A DNA stretch of 50,770 nucleotides from the NCBI GenBank assembly GCA_029564765.1, contig JAKQPK010000059.1, forward strand, positions 1 to 50,770, in the 5' to 3' direction. The DNA comes from Candidatus Omnitrophota bacterium. GTDB lineage: Bacteria; Omnitrophota; Gorgyraeia; Zapsychrales; Aceulaceae. Under the pieces are notes generated by a model, which saw nothing but the letters and a program-made list of their open reading frames with translations, did no database searches and had not been told where the DNA came from. Position 1 is the stretch's first letter. Each line of letters begins with the position of its first letter. The translations under genes and the position numbers were made by a program. Below are positions 1-8,818 of this stretch, piece after piece.

Positions 1-140
1 ACGCCTAAGGCTTCCTTGGCCTTTGCGTAATGTAGCGCGCCTGATATCTTAGGCATGGCAACGCTTGCCAAGATCGCAATGATAATGATGACGATAATAA
101 CTTCGAGCAGTGTGAAACCGGATCTGTTACGAGTAATCAT
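1..140 (-). CDS. Type IV pilin / T2SS pseudopilin (PilA/GspG-like), N-terminal part only; gene runs off the window
   Basis: Not in the ORF track because it is truncated. The complement from ATG 140-138 reads MITRNRSG|FTLLEVIIVIIIIAILASVAMPKISGALHYAKAKEALG. This is a prepilin-peptidase site G|FTLLE followed by a hydrophobic alpha1-N helix. SD GGAGGT (complement of 151-157) lies upstream. Confidence 0.85.
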   Translation of the reverse strand, partial: MITRNRSGFTLLEVIIVIIIIAILASVAMPKISGALHYAKAKEALG

Positions 141-228
141 AGGGCCCTTCTACCTCCTTTTTGCATTGTTATTTATTCTTAGTTATTTTAACAAATTCTT
201 CCTCAACAATAAATGTTTTTTTATCTTT

Positions 229-1473
229 TTATCCTCCCATCCCTCCTGACGCTAAATTAAATATCGGCAAGAACATCGCCAGGACCATGGTACCGATCGT
301 TACACCCATAAAGATAAGGATGATAGGTTCGAACATGGTAGCAAAACGGTGGGTAAAAGTTTGGAGTTCGCGCTGGTAGTACTCCGCGATGTGGTTGAGC
401 ATCTTTCCCAGTTCACCGGTTTCTTCACCGATCGCGATCATCTGGGTTGCCATAGGCGGAAAGAAATGAGATCGTCCCATTTCTTCAGAGATCAGTTTTC
501 CTTCCCTGACCCGTCCTTTGATTTGCGCTATGATCCCTTCGCAGATCTTGTTGTCAATAAGACGTTCAATGATGTCCAGCGCGTAAAGAATAGGAACACC
601 ACTTTCAACAAGGATCGACATCTGCGAAGCAAATTTCTCCACAACAGCCGTTTTGACCATGTCGCCTGCAATAGGTGTTTTAAATATCAATCCTTCAAAT
701 TGCAAGCGCCCAATGGGTGTTGCTACATATTTTCTTGCCAATACAAATATAGCACATAATGATCCAAAGATCAGAAGAAATTTTGACTTCATGAATGTAA
801 ATAAGTTAAGCATTCTTTCTGTCATTGGTGGTAGCGTCGCATTCATCGAGGCATACATATCTTGGAATTTTGGTCCGATAAAAAGCGCAAAGATCAAGAT
901 CGCTGAGAACGAGACACCCAAAAGAATACCCGGATAGATCATCGCTGAGATGATCGCGCTTCGAAAAGCTTCTGAGCGTTCAACATAAAACGCCAGCTTG
1001 CTCAGAACTAAAGGCATTGTTCCGGAAGCCTCTCCAACCTCTGTTAAGCTGACCCATAGCGAATCAAAGACCTTAGGGTGACGGCTTAGGGCCATGCTGA
1101 AAGAGATGCCTTGTTCTACGTCGTTGCGGATCTTGGTTAAGACTTTGTAAAAGTTTTCGCTTTCAGTTTGTTCGACAATGACATTTAAACTGCGTAAGAG
1201 GTTAACGCCAGACTCAAGCATTGTTGCCAGTTGGCGCGCGAAAAGAAGCTTGTCCGGGATCCCGATCCCTTTGCGGGAAAACTTTTTGTTGAGTTTTATG
1301 GGGGCCTGGCTCTCAGCAGCGGAAGCTTGTCCTGCGACGATCTCGTTGATCGCGATGATAAAATATCCCTGCTGTTGAAGCTGGGTGATCAGGATATCTT
1401 TGCTTGCGGCCGTAGCGGATTCTTTGATCGTTTTTCCAGAAGAATTCTTGACTGTATAGTTAAAATTTGGCAT
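229..1473 (-). CDS. pilC: Type IV pilus / T2SS inner-membrane platform protein (PilC/GspF family)
   Basis: 414-aa ORF with an ATG start. It has two GspF-type repeats (..LATMLESGVNLLRSLNVI.. and ..QMSILVESGVPILYALDII..), each followed by TM helices. It sits directly after the ATPase gene. Confidence 0.9.
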   Translation of the reverse strand: MPNFNYTVKNSSGKTIKESATAASKDILITQLQQQGYFIIAINEIVAGQASAAESQAPIKLNKKFSRKGIGIPDKLLFARQLATMLESGVNLLRSLNVIVEQTESENFYKVLTKIRNDVEQGISFSMALSRHPKVFDSLWVSLTEVGEASGTMPLVLSKLAFYVERSEAFRSAIISAMIYPGILLGVSFSAILIFALFIGPKFQDMYASMNATLPPMTERMLNLFTFMKSKFLLIFGSLCAIFVLARKYVATPIGRLQFEGLIFKTPIAGDMVKTAVVEKFASQMSILVESGVPILYALDIIERLIDNKICEGIIAQIKGRVREGKLISEEMGRSHFFPPMATQMIAIGEETGELGKMLNHIAEYYQRELQTFTHRFATMFEPIILIFMGVTIGTMVLAMFLPIFNLASGGMGG

Positions 1474-1483
1474 AAGGTTTGTT

Positions 1484-3196
1484 TTATAATAATGTTACAG
1501 TTAAGATCTCATCGATACTTGTCAGACCTTCTTCCACTTTTTTAAGACCGGTTTCGAAAAGTGTTGCCATGCCATTTTTGCGCGCAACCTCTTTGATATC
1601 AGTGTAAAGAGCGTTCTTCGCGATCATCGCGCGTACTTCATCATCTACTGAAAGCACTTCACCAAGTGCTAATCGTCCTTTATATCCTGTGTGATTACAT
1701 TTGTCGCATCCTTTTGGCCGGTAGATCAGCTCGCAACGTAGGCCGAATTTTGTGCGCTGGTCTGCGGACGGTTCAAAAGCTTCTTTACAATTCAGGCAAA
1801 GCTTTCTGGCTAAGCGCTGCGCGATAACAACATTTAAAGAGGGTGTCAAAAGATATGATGGGATACCGATGTCGAGTAGACGCGTGATGGCAGATGCAGC
1901 ATCGTTAGTGTGAAGCGTGCTTAAAACAAGGTGGCCTGTCAGGGCCGCGCGGATACATATTTGGGCTGTTTCAAGATCTCGGACTTCGCCGACCATGATG
2001 ATATCAGGATCCTGACGCAAGAAGGATCTCAGCGCTGCCGCGAAGGTGAGCCCGATATCAGGCTTAACGTGGATTTGATTCACGCCTTCAAGCTTGTATT
2101 CGACGGGGTCTTCTGCTGTCATGATGTTCTTTGTTGAATCAATGATCTCCCGCAAAGCGGAATAGAGGGTTGTTGATTTTCCACTACCCGTTGGTCCTGT
2201 TACAAAACATAGGCCGTAGGGTGATTTGATACCTTTGCGGACAAGCTCAAGTTGTTTTACGTCAAATCCTAGAGTGGCAAGATCAAGATTAACGGCCCCT
2301 TGATCAAGGATGCGCAAAACAACCTTTTCTCCCCAGATCGTTGGAATGGTCGAGACGCGAAGATCAACGGTCCTGTCTTCCAGTTTGGCAGCGATAGCGC
2401 CATCCTGTGGCAATCGTTTTTCAGCAATATCAAGCTTGGCAAGGATCTTGATCCTTGAAACAATGGGCAGCAGAAGATGACGCGCCGGTGGAGGTATTTC
2501 GTACAGGGCACCGTCAATGCGATAGCGGACAGAGATCTTTTCCTTATAGGATTCGATATGAATGTCGCTCGCGCGCTGGTCGATAGCTTGGCGAATGATC
2601 AGGTCAACAAGCTTGACAACAGGAGCTTCCCCAGCACGCTCGATAAGCCTATCAATGCTAAGCTCTGCCTCGTCCCCTTCCTTGCGTTCGCTGACAACAT
2701 GTTCTTTAGGTGTGACTTCGTAGGAATCTTGGACAGCTTCTGAAAGGGAAGATTGACCTCCCTTAGTGTAGGATTCTTCAATCGCGCGAGCAATATCCTT
2801 CTTTGTTGCAAGAACAAGATTAAGATCATGCCCTGTGATCTTGCGCATGTTGTCTATTAACAAAAGATCGAGAGGGTCAAAGATAGCGCATGTGAGAGAA
2901 TTATTATTCAAAGACAAGGGCAAGACATAATTTTTTTGAGCAAAGTCTCTTGGAAGCAACTTGAGAAGATCTGGATTTTGTGGTTTTAGCAATCCTGAAT
3001 CGTGGGAAATGTAAGGAATGTTGAGCTGTTTGGCAAGCGCGACAACAATATCGATCTCTTTAATGAGACCGAGCTGGACAAGGACTTCACCGACACGGCC
3101 ATGTTGTTTTTTTTGAGCTTCGATAGCCTGATTAAGTTGCGCGGGAGATATAATTCCCTGCTGGATCAGTATTTCGCCGAGGCGTAGACGTGTCAT
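1484..3196 (-). CDS. pilB: Type IV pilus / T2SS assembly ATPase (PilB/GspE/MshE family) with N-terminal MshEN domain
   Basis: 570 aa. Motifs: Walker A GPTGSGKST, Walker B DPDIIMVGEVRD, His box TGHLVLSTLHTNDA, and a tetracysteine CLNC..C..C. The N-terminus carries a double RLGxxLLxxGLI..Q motif. The ATG overlaps the secretin stop (ATGA at 3193-3196). Confidence 0.92.
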   Translation of the reverse strand: MTRLRLGEILIQQGIISPAQLNQAIEAQKKQHGRVGEVLVQLGLIKEIDIVVALAKQLNIPYISHDSGLLKPQNPDLLKLLPRDFAQKNYVLPLSLNNNSLTCAIFDPLDLLLIDNMRKITGHDLNLVLATKKDIARAIEESYTKGGQSSLSEAVQDSYEVTPKEHVVSERKEGDEAELSIDRLIERAGEAPVVKLVDLIIRQAIDQRASDIHIESYKEKISVRYRIDGALYEIPPPARHLLLPIVSRIKILAKLDIAEKRLPQDGAIAAKLEDRTVDLRVSTIPTIWGEKVVLRILDQGAVNLDLATLGFDVKQLELVRKGIKSPYGLCFVTGPTGSGKSTTLYSALREIIDSTKNIMTAEDPVEYKLEGVNQIHVKPDIGLTFAAALRSFLRQDPDIIMVGEVRDLETAQICIRAALTGHLVLSTLHTNDAASAITRLLDIGIPSYLLTPSLNVVIAQRLARKLCLNCKEAFEPSADQRTKFGLRCELIYRPKGCDKCNHTGYKGRLALGEVLSVDDEVRAMIAKNALYTDIKEVARKNGMATLFETGLKKVEEGLTSIDEILTVTLL

Positions 3197-4797
3197 TTTT
3201 TTCGTTGTTGTTCTGTGATAAGAAGCGCTTTTTCGATTTCAAGGCGTTTTGCTTGTGGATAATCCTGTTCGCGTGTTTTTAGGTCAGCTGCCAGCGCGTT
3301 AGGTGCGATATAATTTTTATCAGCGATGATCTTGGGTGTTATAAATATGATCAGCTCGCGCTCTTCAATATCTTTGCCTTTATGACGAAAAGCTCCACCT
3401 ATCAGAGGGATATCACCCAACAGTGGAAGCTTTGTGACGGTTTCGTTGGTAACCGTCTTTTTTAGGCCTCCAATATAGATCGTTTCATTGTCTTTGATAC
3501 GCAAGATCGTGTTGCTTCCCCGCACTTCCGGATCGCGGAAAGCGATAGGAGTGCCTGATCCGGTTGAAAAATTAGCTCCTGCGCGCGCTTCAGCAACTAA
3601 CGGAACGACAGCCATTGTGATCTCGCCCGTTTGCTCATTGACCTGAGGCGTTACTGTGAGGAAAACACCAGTTGCAGCGCGTTCGGCCTCAACGCTTTGG
3701 GTCGTGATTCCTTCGGAACCGCCGGTCGTTGTTTTGATGCCAATCGCTTCATTCGTTGAAATAGCGATCCTCGCCATTTGATTGTTAAGGGTAAGGATCT
3801 TGGGTGTTGCAAGAGTTTTTGTGTCTGTTTGTGTTTTTAAAAACTGTAGGACTGCGGACATGCCAGAGGCATCGATCACCCCAGCCGTGTAGCGATCCAC
3901 AGGATCGATGACTCCTTGTCCTGTGCTAAGTAATTTATTTTCATCCCAAGGATAAAACGTCTCTCTTTTAGCGCCGGTAAAAGCGAGAAGCGTAGAGCCG
4001 TATTTAACCCCTAAAAGATCAGATGTGCGCTTTGAGATGTCGATCATCTCAACTTCGATTAAAACTTGAGGCACAGGGGCATCAAGTTTTGCGATCGTTC
4101 TTTCGATGATCGGAAACTGACTTGGAATATCGGTAATGACAAGGCTATTTGTGCGAGGATCTTCCAGAATTTTTCCATCTTCTGTCAGGATGTTCTTTAC
4201 GATCGCTGAAATCCCTCCTAAATCTTCTGTGGAGCTTGAGGATCCTTTCGATCCTGAAGAGCTATTCGACGAAACAGATGAACTTGACGAAGAGGATGAG
4301 GACGATGCACTTGAGGAGTCTGAGTTGGTAGGGCCTCCTGTTTCTGTTGTGCTATATTCCCTGTTCGTTATTAATTGTGAAGAATAAACAGTGGCGTTTT
4401 TTAAGACGTAGACACGCGTGATCAGATCTTTTTGGGGCCGGGCGATCTTTTTGACAACAAAGATATCGCTTCCTGGCTCTAGCTCATACATTAAATTGTT
4501 GGCGCTAAGTATGCGCTCTAGCGCTTGTTCGACAGGGACGTTTTCGAAAAATAAGGTTACTTTCTCGCTTGCGATATCTCCAGCAGCAATGAAATTCATT
4601 CCAGATTGCTGAGAAAATATTTTTAAGACGCTGCGAAGATCAGCGTCCTTAAAGTCCATTGATATCTTTTTTGAATATTCAGGGTAGAGAAATTGGCGGT
4701 ATTGGGATCCTTGCGCTGATACGATCGGTGAATAAAAAAGAAAGAAAGATATAAGAAGAAGACCGCTAACACCTATTTTCTTTATTTGTATTGCCAT
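3193..4797 (-). CDS. pilQ: Outer-membrane secretin (PilQ/GspD family) with Ser-rich linker
   Basis: Signal peptide, N-domains, and a C-terminal secretin domain (..VTKLPLLGDIPLIGGAFRHKG..LIIFITPKII). The first codon of the track ORF at 4800 is TTG. ATG at 4797 sits 8 nt after SD AAGGAG, and that SD overlaps the upstream stop codon. Confidence 0.85.
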   Translation of the reverse strand: MAIQIKKIGVSGLLLISFFLFYSPIVSAQGSQYRQFLYPEYSKKISMDFKDADLRSVLKIFSQQSGMNFIAAGDIASEKVTLFFENVPVEQALERILSANNLMYELEPGSDIFVVKKIARPQKDLITRVYVLKNATVYSSQLITNREYSTTETGGPTNSDSSSASSSSSSSSSSVSSNSSSGSKGSSSSTEDLGGISAIVKNILTEDGKILEDPRTNSLVITDIPSQFPIIERTIAKLDAPVPQVLIEVEMIDISKRTSDLLGVKYGSTLLAFTGAKRETFYPWDENKLLSTGQGVIDPVDRYTAGVIDASGMSAVLQFLKTQTDTKTLATPKILTLNNQMARIAISTNEAIGIKTTTGGSEGITTQSVEAERAATGVFLTVTPQVNEQTGEITMAVVPLVAEARAGANFSTGSGTPIAFRDPEVRGSNTILRIKDNETIYIGGLKKTVTNETVTKLPLLGDIPLIGGAFRHKGKDIEERELIIFITPKIIADKNYIAPNALAADLKTREQDYPQAKRLEIEKALLITEQQRKK

Positions 4798-4809
4798 CAA
4801 TCATTCTCC

Positions 4810-5268
4810 TTAAATAGCTTGTGTTATGGCTTGTTCGATCTGTATCGTGAATAAACTATTGGAAAAAATAATATCAACACCATTTTGATTGATGTCTATA
4901 ATCTTTGAATTTTCAATCGTATCTCCAACACTTACAACACGATCATTAATAATTGCTTGAGGCTTGTCAGTTCCCCAAATAAGGCCATTGACAACGAGTT
5001 TTGGTGGTGTCATTACGGGAGCAACAATTTTTTCATGCTGTGTAGGCTCCGGCTTCTGCGTAATGGGTTTTGGAGGCTCCACCACTTCTATCTTAGTGGG
5101 TTCTGGAAGTTTTTCAATGATTTCTTCAACTTTTGGGAGCCAAGATTTAAAAGGATTTCGAAGCCCGAAGAGATCAGGAGAAATGTCAGCAAATGTTTTG
5201 GCTGGCAAGATCAGGAAGGCGCTACAAAGAAATATGGATAGTAAAATGACATTGTTCGTTCTTTTCAT
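4810..5268 (-). CDS. PilP/GspC-like periplasmic pilus-assembly protein
   Basis: From the internal ATG: MKRTNNVILLSIFLCSAFLILPAKTFA signal/anchor, a Pro/Glu-rich linker, and a C-terminal beta domain (LVVNGLIWGTDKPQAIINDRVVSVGDTIENSKIIDI). Position between the PilO-like gene and the secretin. ATGA overlap with the upstream stop at 5265-5268. Confidence 0.45.
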   Translation of the reverse strand: MKRTNNVILLSIFLCSAFLILPAKTFADISPDLFGLRNPFKSWLPKVEEIIEKLPEPTKIEVVEPPKPITQKPEPTQHEKIVAPVMTPPKLVVNGLIWGTDKPQAIINDRVVSVGDTIENSKIIDINQNGVDIIFSNSLFTIQIEQAITQAI

Positions 5269-5879
5269 TTCTTCACCTTGATCGAGCTTACAGATATTTC
5301 CCACTGAAGGACGTTGTTATCGCTTGTTTTAGGGGTTGCGCGCATATCGTAGCGATAGGAAGTTGTACTTGTATTTTTCCAAGAATTGATCTGCAGGTTG
5401 ACCGAATTTCTTTCGATCGCCTTAACAGTATTTAACATTTGCTCGAACGAAGATTCAAAAACAAAATCAACGGTCTGCAGAGCAAAACTTTCTTCTTTGC
5501 GAGCCTCTTTTGGGTTGTAAAAGAGTACACGGACACCGTAATTTTCAGCGATCCCAACAACAGATTTAATGACTTCGGTTTCCGTTGAGAAACCATCAGG
5601 TATTTTTTGTTGGAAATCATCAAATTCTTTTTGTTTTGCCTCAAACGCTAAGGCGGTTTTTTGTTTTGTTTCAAGCTCGGAGAGCTCAGATTGAGCGGTT
5701 GATTTTCTTTCGTTAGCCATGGCGAAAATGTGGCGCACAGAAAAGATCATCACGACAACAGTAATAATGATGATCAGGATGTCTCGACGCTTTGAAAGGA
5801 TCGTCATTGCGAGTTTTGCATCGAACTTGCTGAGATCAATACTGTTAAGCGATTGGATGAGATTAGGAATGTTAATCAT
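5265..5879 (-). CDS. PilO/GspM-like bitopic pilus-assembly protein
   Basis: One TM helix (ILIIIITVVVMIFSV), a coiled-coil segment, then an alpha/beta C-terminal domain. Gene order supports the call. The start is uncertain: TTG at 5897, or ATG at 5879 (8-nt overlap with the upstream stop). Confidence 0.45.
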   Translation of the reverse strand: MINIPNLIQSLNSIDLSKFDAKLAMTILSKRRDILIIIITVVVMIFSVRHIFAMANERKSTAQSELSELETKQKTALAFEAKQKEFDDFQQKIPDGFSTETEVIKSVVGIAENYGVRVLFYNPKEARKEESFALQTVDFVFESSFEQMLNTVKAIERNSVNLQINSWKNTSTTSYRYDMRATPKTSDNNVLQWEISVSSIKVKK

Positions 5880-7473
5880 TGGCGTTATCCGTTTCAATAG
5901 AGATCTGAAATGATGTCACTGCAAAACCTTCTCGCTCTTCCTTTTTGACTTGGGCGAGATTGATCGATTTAGAATGCTTCATAAGAAAGGCGTTCTTTTT
6001 GAGCCCATCGAGGAATTTTTCTATAAGGGTGATTTGTTGATTTAACAATTGGTGATAAGAGTAGCCAGTGAGTTTGATAGCGATCGCGGACCCCACCTGT
6101 TGTTGCGCAGGAATAGATTTTTGAGGATCACGAGCGGAAATGCTCAGTTCAGTTAACCAAACGCCATCGAACATCGATCTTGAAACATTCTCGATGTACA
6201 TGTTGATATTCGTACGGAATTTCAAGTTGGAATAATCATTCATCTTCTTTGCGAGATCGGCGGTTGACTGAGAAAGCTGTTCCGTTGATTTTCCTTTGTA
6301 TTTTTGCTCAAAGGTTCGCAATTCCCCAAGACGTTTTTCCTGAGGGAGCACCTGCAGGCCCGCCCCTAAGAAAGAAAGCGTGACAATTCCCGCACAAGCG
6401 AAAGCGATCATGGTTGTGAGTTTGTAATTTGGGGGCTGGGTCAGGACATCTTGAAAGCCGATGCTTGATATAGAGTGCGCTGTTTTTCCTTTGCGTGATT
6501 TTGCGAGATTGAGATCAAAATTTAAAGAAGAGGATCCCGCAAAGCTTACCCCAATAGCATTCGCAAGATTTTGATGTAGTTCGTTATCGTAGGGAAAGAG
6601 ATTGTTGATATCAATAGGCAAGGTTTCAAAGCCAAGATCGGTTTTAATGGCTTGGGATATTTCCCGAGAATTTTCAGGAGCAAAAATAAAGATCTGATTG
6701 ATAGGCTTTTCACGTCCCACAGATTTTGCTTGGCGCGCATAAAACTCCAAGGAAAGGCGGATCTCGTTCAAGAGACGGCTGATCATGGATTTAAAATCTC
6801 TATCCACAGCAGCAGTGTTTGAGGAAAACAGGTTGAAGTCACGAATAAATTGCGGGATTTGCCCGTCAGCGATCAGGATCGATCCATAGATCTCGCGGAT
6901 CTGGATGATCGCAATAGTTGGCGAAGGCTTAAGAAGTTTTTTGATCGCAAGGATCCTCAGCAAACTGAGTGCCGAGGGTTCAGCAGATGCGATCTGCAAC
7001 CCAGCATCTTCCAAGGTTTTGCAATAATGATTTAATGTGTTCTTGCGTATAGCAATAAAAAGAATTTGGATTTTCTTTATGTCTTTATCAACGAAAGGAA
7101 TGGCGTGATGGCTGAAAAAGAGCTCATCCATTTTAAACGGGATATAGCGCGGAGCTTCAAAGATGACAGCATTTTCGATCTCTGCCGTGCTCATGGATGG
7201 TAAAGTAAACGATCGAAAGATAATATCGCGAACAGGAATCGAAAGATGCACTTTGTGTTTATTGATCTGTCTGTCCCTGTTGAGCCTTTGCAAGGCTGAT
7301 ATTAGATGAAGACTCTCTGTTTCCGCTGCTTCTTTAGCACTTTTAGGCTGTTCCAGAAGCTCTGGAGACTGCATAGGGATCGCTCCAGCGAACGTAAGCT
7401 GGTCGCGCTGTGTTTCAGCTATAGAAAGGAATTCAGATCCCCAGAAGATGCCGATATTCTTATTTGAGCTCAT
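5872..7473 (-). CDS. PilM-like (actin-fold) :: TM :: PilN-like fusion protein (GspL-like architecture)
   Basis: About 340 aa of cytoplasmic domain starting NIGIFWGSEFLSIAE (PilM-like N-terminus). This is followed by a TM helix (TMIAFACAGIVTLSFLGAGL) and a periplasmic coiled-coil/ferredoxin-like tail. I chose ATG 7473 because it forms an ATGA overlap with the stop of the HTH gene. Confidence 0.55.
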   Translation of the reverse strand: MSSNKNIGIFWGSEFLSIAETQRDQLTFAGAIPMQSPELLEQPKSAKEAAETESLHLISALQRLNRDRQINKHKVHLSIPVRDIIFRSFTLPSMSTAEIENAVIFEAPRYIPFKMDELFFSHHAIPFVDKDIKKIQILFIAIRKNTLNHYCKTLEDAGLQIASAEPSALSLLRILAIKKLLKPSPTIAIIQIREIYGSILIADGQIPQFIRDFNLFSSNTAAVDRDFKSMISRLLNEIRLSLEFYARQAKSVGREKPINQIFIFAPENSREISQAIKTDLGFETLPIDINNLFPYDNELHQNLANAIGVSFAGSSSLNFDLNLAKSRKGKTAHSISSIGFQDVLTQPPNYKLTTMIAFACAGIVTLSFLGAGLQVLPQEKRLGELRTFEQKYKGKSTEQLSQSTADLAKKMNDYSNLKFRTNINMYIENVSRSMFDGVWLTELSISARDPQKSIPAQQQVGSAIAIKLTGYSYHQLLNQQITLIEKFLDGLKKNAFLMKHSKSINLAQVKKEEREGFAVTSFQISIETDNAND

Positions 7474-7652
7474 GCCCCTGTTGCCTTTCGAGATTGAGAT
7501 TTTAGCCACTTGTCTATCTCGCGCCGGTCAAAACGCCAAACACCGCCAATTTTGATGCCGGAGATCTTGCGTTGATTCAGCCAATTGTAGATCGTCTGCT
7601 TTTTCAGCTTTAGATAAGCCGCAAGTTCATCAACGTCTAACAAGTGATCCAT
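7470..7652 (-). CDS. Small helix-turn-helix DNA-binding protein (excisionase/MerR-like HTH_17 type)
   Basis: 60 aa: LDVDELAAYLKLKKQTIYNWLNQRKISGIKIGGVWRFDRREIDKWL matches the excisionase-family HTH pattern. ATG start with a GAGGGA SD. It is the first cistron of the pilus operon. Confidence 0.7.
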   Translation of the reverse strand: MDHLLDVDELAAYLKLKKQTIYNWLNQRKISGIKIGGVWRFDRREIDKWLKSQSRKATGA

Positions 7653-7697
7653 TCTTCCCTCTTCTATTATAAGTCATAACCAGATTATCTAGTTATC

Positions 7698-7726
7698 ATT
7701 AGAGCATGATATAATTACTTTGTCAA
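7698..7726 (-). promoter_or_regulatory. Candidate sigma70-type promoter of the HTH-pilus operon
   Basis: On the minus strand: TTGACA (7726-7721), a 17-nt spacer, then TCTAAT (7703-7698). It lies in a 172-nt AT-rich intergenic region about 45 nt upstream of the HTH ATG. Confidence 0.35.
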
Positions 7727-7824
7727 CAAAATTTTTATATATAGATTGTTGGAATTACTCAGACTTACTTATATTTTATATTCGAAGATATTTCCTGGAT
7801 TTGAAAGGAATCTCGGAAGGTTTG

Positions 7825-8160
7825 TTAATAACTTACTGTCGTCGTAACAGTTGCTGTTCCGCCAGGGCCGGCGGATCCAGCGCTGGATGCGCTAATGGTG
7901 TAAATTCTCCCATCAAGAGTCTCTGTGCTGAGGATCGTTGGATTTGTCCCTGTAAGCGCACGCTGGTAATAAAGTTTCCAGAACATGCCTTTTGCGAGTT
8001 GTTCAGCTTTGATGCGGTTTATTTGGTTTTGACCAAAAACGCCTTGGCTACCCATGGCGCTTAAGATACCGACCGCTAATGCGGACATGGCGGTGATGAG
8101 CATGATGACTGTTACAAGAACAGTGGCTTTCTTATTGGAAATGTTCGACCTAGATCTCAT
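7825..8160 (-). CDS. Membrane-anchored PilX-N-like / minor-pseudopilin-like protein (no canonical prepilin site)
   Basis: 111 aa. N-terminal TM helix KATVLVTVIMLITAMSALAVGIL, followed by ..NRIKAEQLAKGMFW.. (PilX_N-like pattern) and a Ser/Gly/Thr-rich C-terminus. ATGA overlap with the upstream gene at 8157-8160. Confidence 0.35.
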   Translation of the reverse strand: MRSRSNISNKKATVLVTVIMLITAMSALAVGILSAMGSQGVFGQNQINRIKAEQLAKGMFWKLYYQRALTGTNPTILSTETLDGRIYTISASSAGSAGPGGTATVTTTVSY

Positions 8161-8438
8161 AAGCTTGCTTTCTCCCCTGTTTTTTCAATATAGCTTTCGC
8201 AGCGAGGACATATTTTTATGTTTTTTTCAAATAAATCCGTAAAAATATATGTGCAATATGGACACTGAACAACGTCTTTTGAGGCAGAAACTTTCCCGCC
8301 TTCCCTTATAGTATATCTGAACCAAGATGTAATGACAAGGATTAATAGGATGGATGAGAAGATACTGATGGCAAGGTCAAGGTCGAGAATAATCATAATC
8401 AGGTAATTTGAGAGGTTGATGCGCAAACGGCTCAGCAT
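8157..8438 (-). CDS. Small membrane protein with C-terminal CxxC..CxxC zinc ribbon
   Basis: TM helix (ISIFSSILLILVITSWF), then CPYCTYIF...CPRCESYI. The start is uncertain: ATG 8438 or ATG 8396. Confidence 0.5.
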   Translation of the reverse strand: MLSRLRINLSNYLIMIILDLDLAISIFSSILLILVITSWFRYTIREGGKVSASKDVVQCPYCTYIFTDLFEKNIKICPRCESYIEKTGEKASL

Positions 8439-8814
8439 GATCTTGCGATTCTGCCGTCAAAGCTTGTTCGTCGTACATTATTATACGCGTGTCAGGTAAG
8501 GTCTTTTTTGCTGAGCTTGGCAATAATGTCGATAAGGATGGCTTTGGGGTGTCGATCGCTATGCCTGAAGTTCCTGATAAAAGAGCAGGCGCTTGGAAGA
8601 CATTTTTCTTTGGGATAAAAGATGGGTGTGTTATCCCCTGCTGTGTGTCAAGCGCGGTTAAGAAAGATCCTAAGAATTTGATAGGTGGCCTTAGGAATAT
8701 TTTTCTTGAAGATATGCGTACCGTTGTGAAATTAAGAAAAAAGATATGAAAAATGACAGCTATTCCTAGAGATTGAAAAATGATCTTTTTTATGTTCGTG
8801 GAATGGCTTGACAT
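8377..8814 (-). CDS. Bitopic Pro/Ser-rich protein in the TolA/TonB position (no recognisable TonB C-terminal domain)
   Basis: From the internal ATG 8814 (4 nt after the exbD/tolR stop): MSSHSTNIKKIIFQSLGIAVIFHIFFLNF TM anchor, then an extended low-complexity periplasmic part. The longer track ORF (to 8961) would overlap exbD by 143 nt. Confidence 0.4.
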   Translation of the reverse strand: MSSHSTNIKKIIFQSLGIAVIFHIFFLNFTTVRISSRKIFLRPPIKFLGSFLTALDTQQGITHPSFIPKKNVFQAPALLSGTSGIAIDTPKPSLSTLLPSSAKKTLPDTRIIMYDEQALTAESQDHAEPFAHQPLKLPDYDYSRP

Positions 8815-8818
8815 GCTT

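Noticed and set aside
349-759. 136-aa plus-strand ORF inside pilC (similarly 653-937, 1178-1378 and 1231-1545).
   Set aside because: It is fully antisense to a well-supported GspF-family gene. The composition is Cys/His/Arg-rich and has no motifs. It is a typical shadow ORF.
4231-4323. The serine tract as a slipped-strand phase-variation microsatellite.
   Set aside because: The nucleotide sequence is not a simple repeat, because the serine codons are mixed. Slippage is therefore unlikely.
7720-8064. 114-aa plus-strand ORF overlapping the PilX-like gene and the pilus promoter region.
   Set aside because: The translation is Cys-rich and low-complexity, with no SD. The minus-strand ORF has a TM anchor and is ATGA-coupled to its upstream gene.
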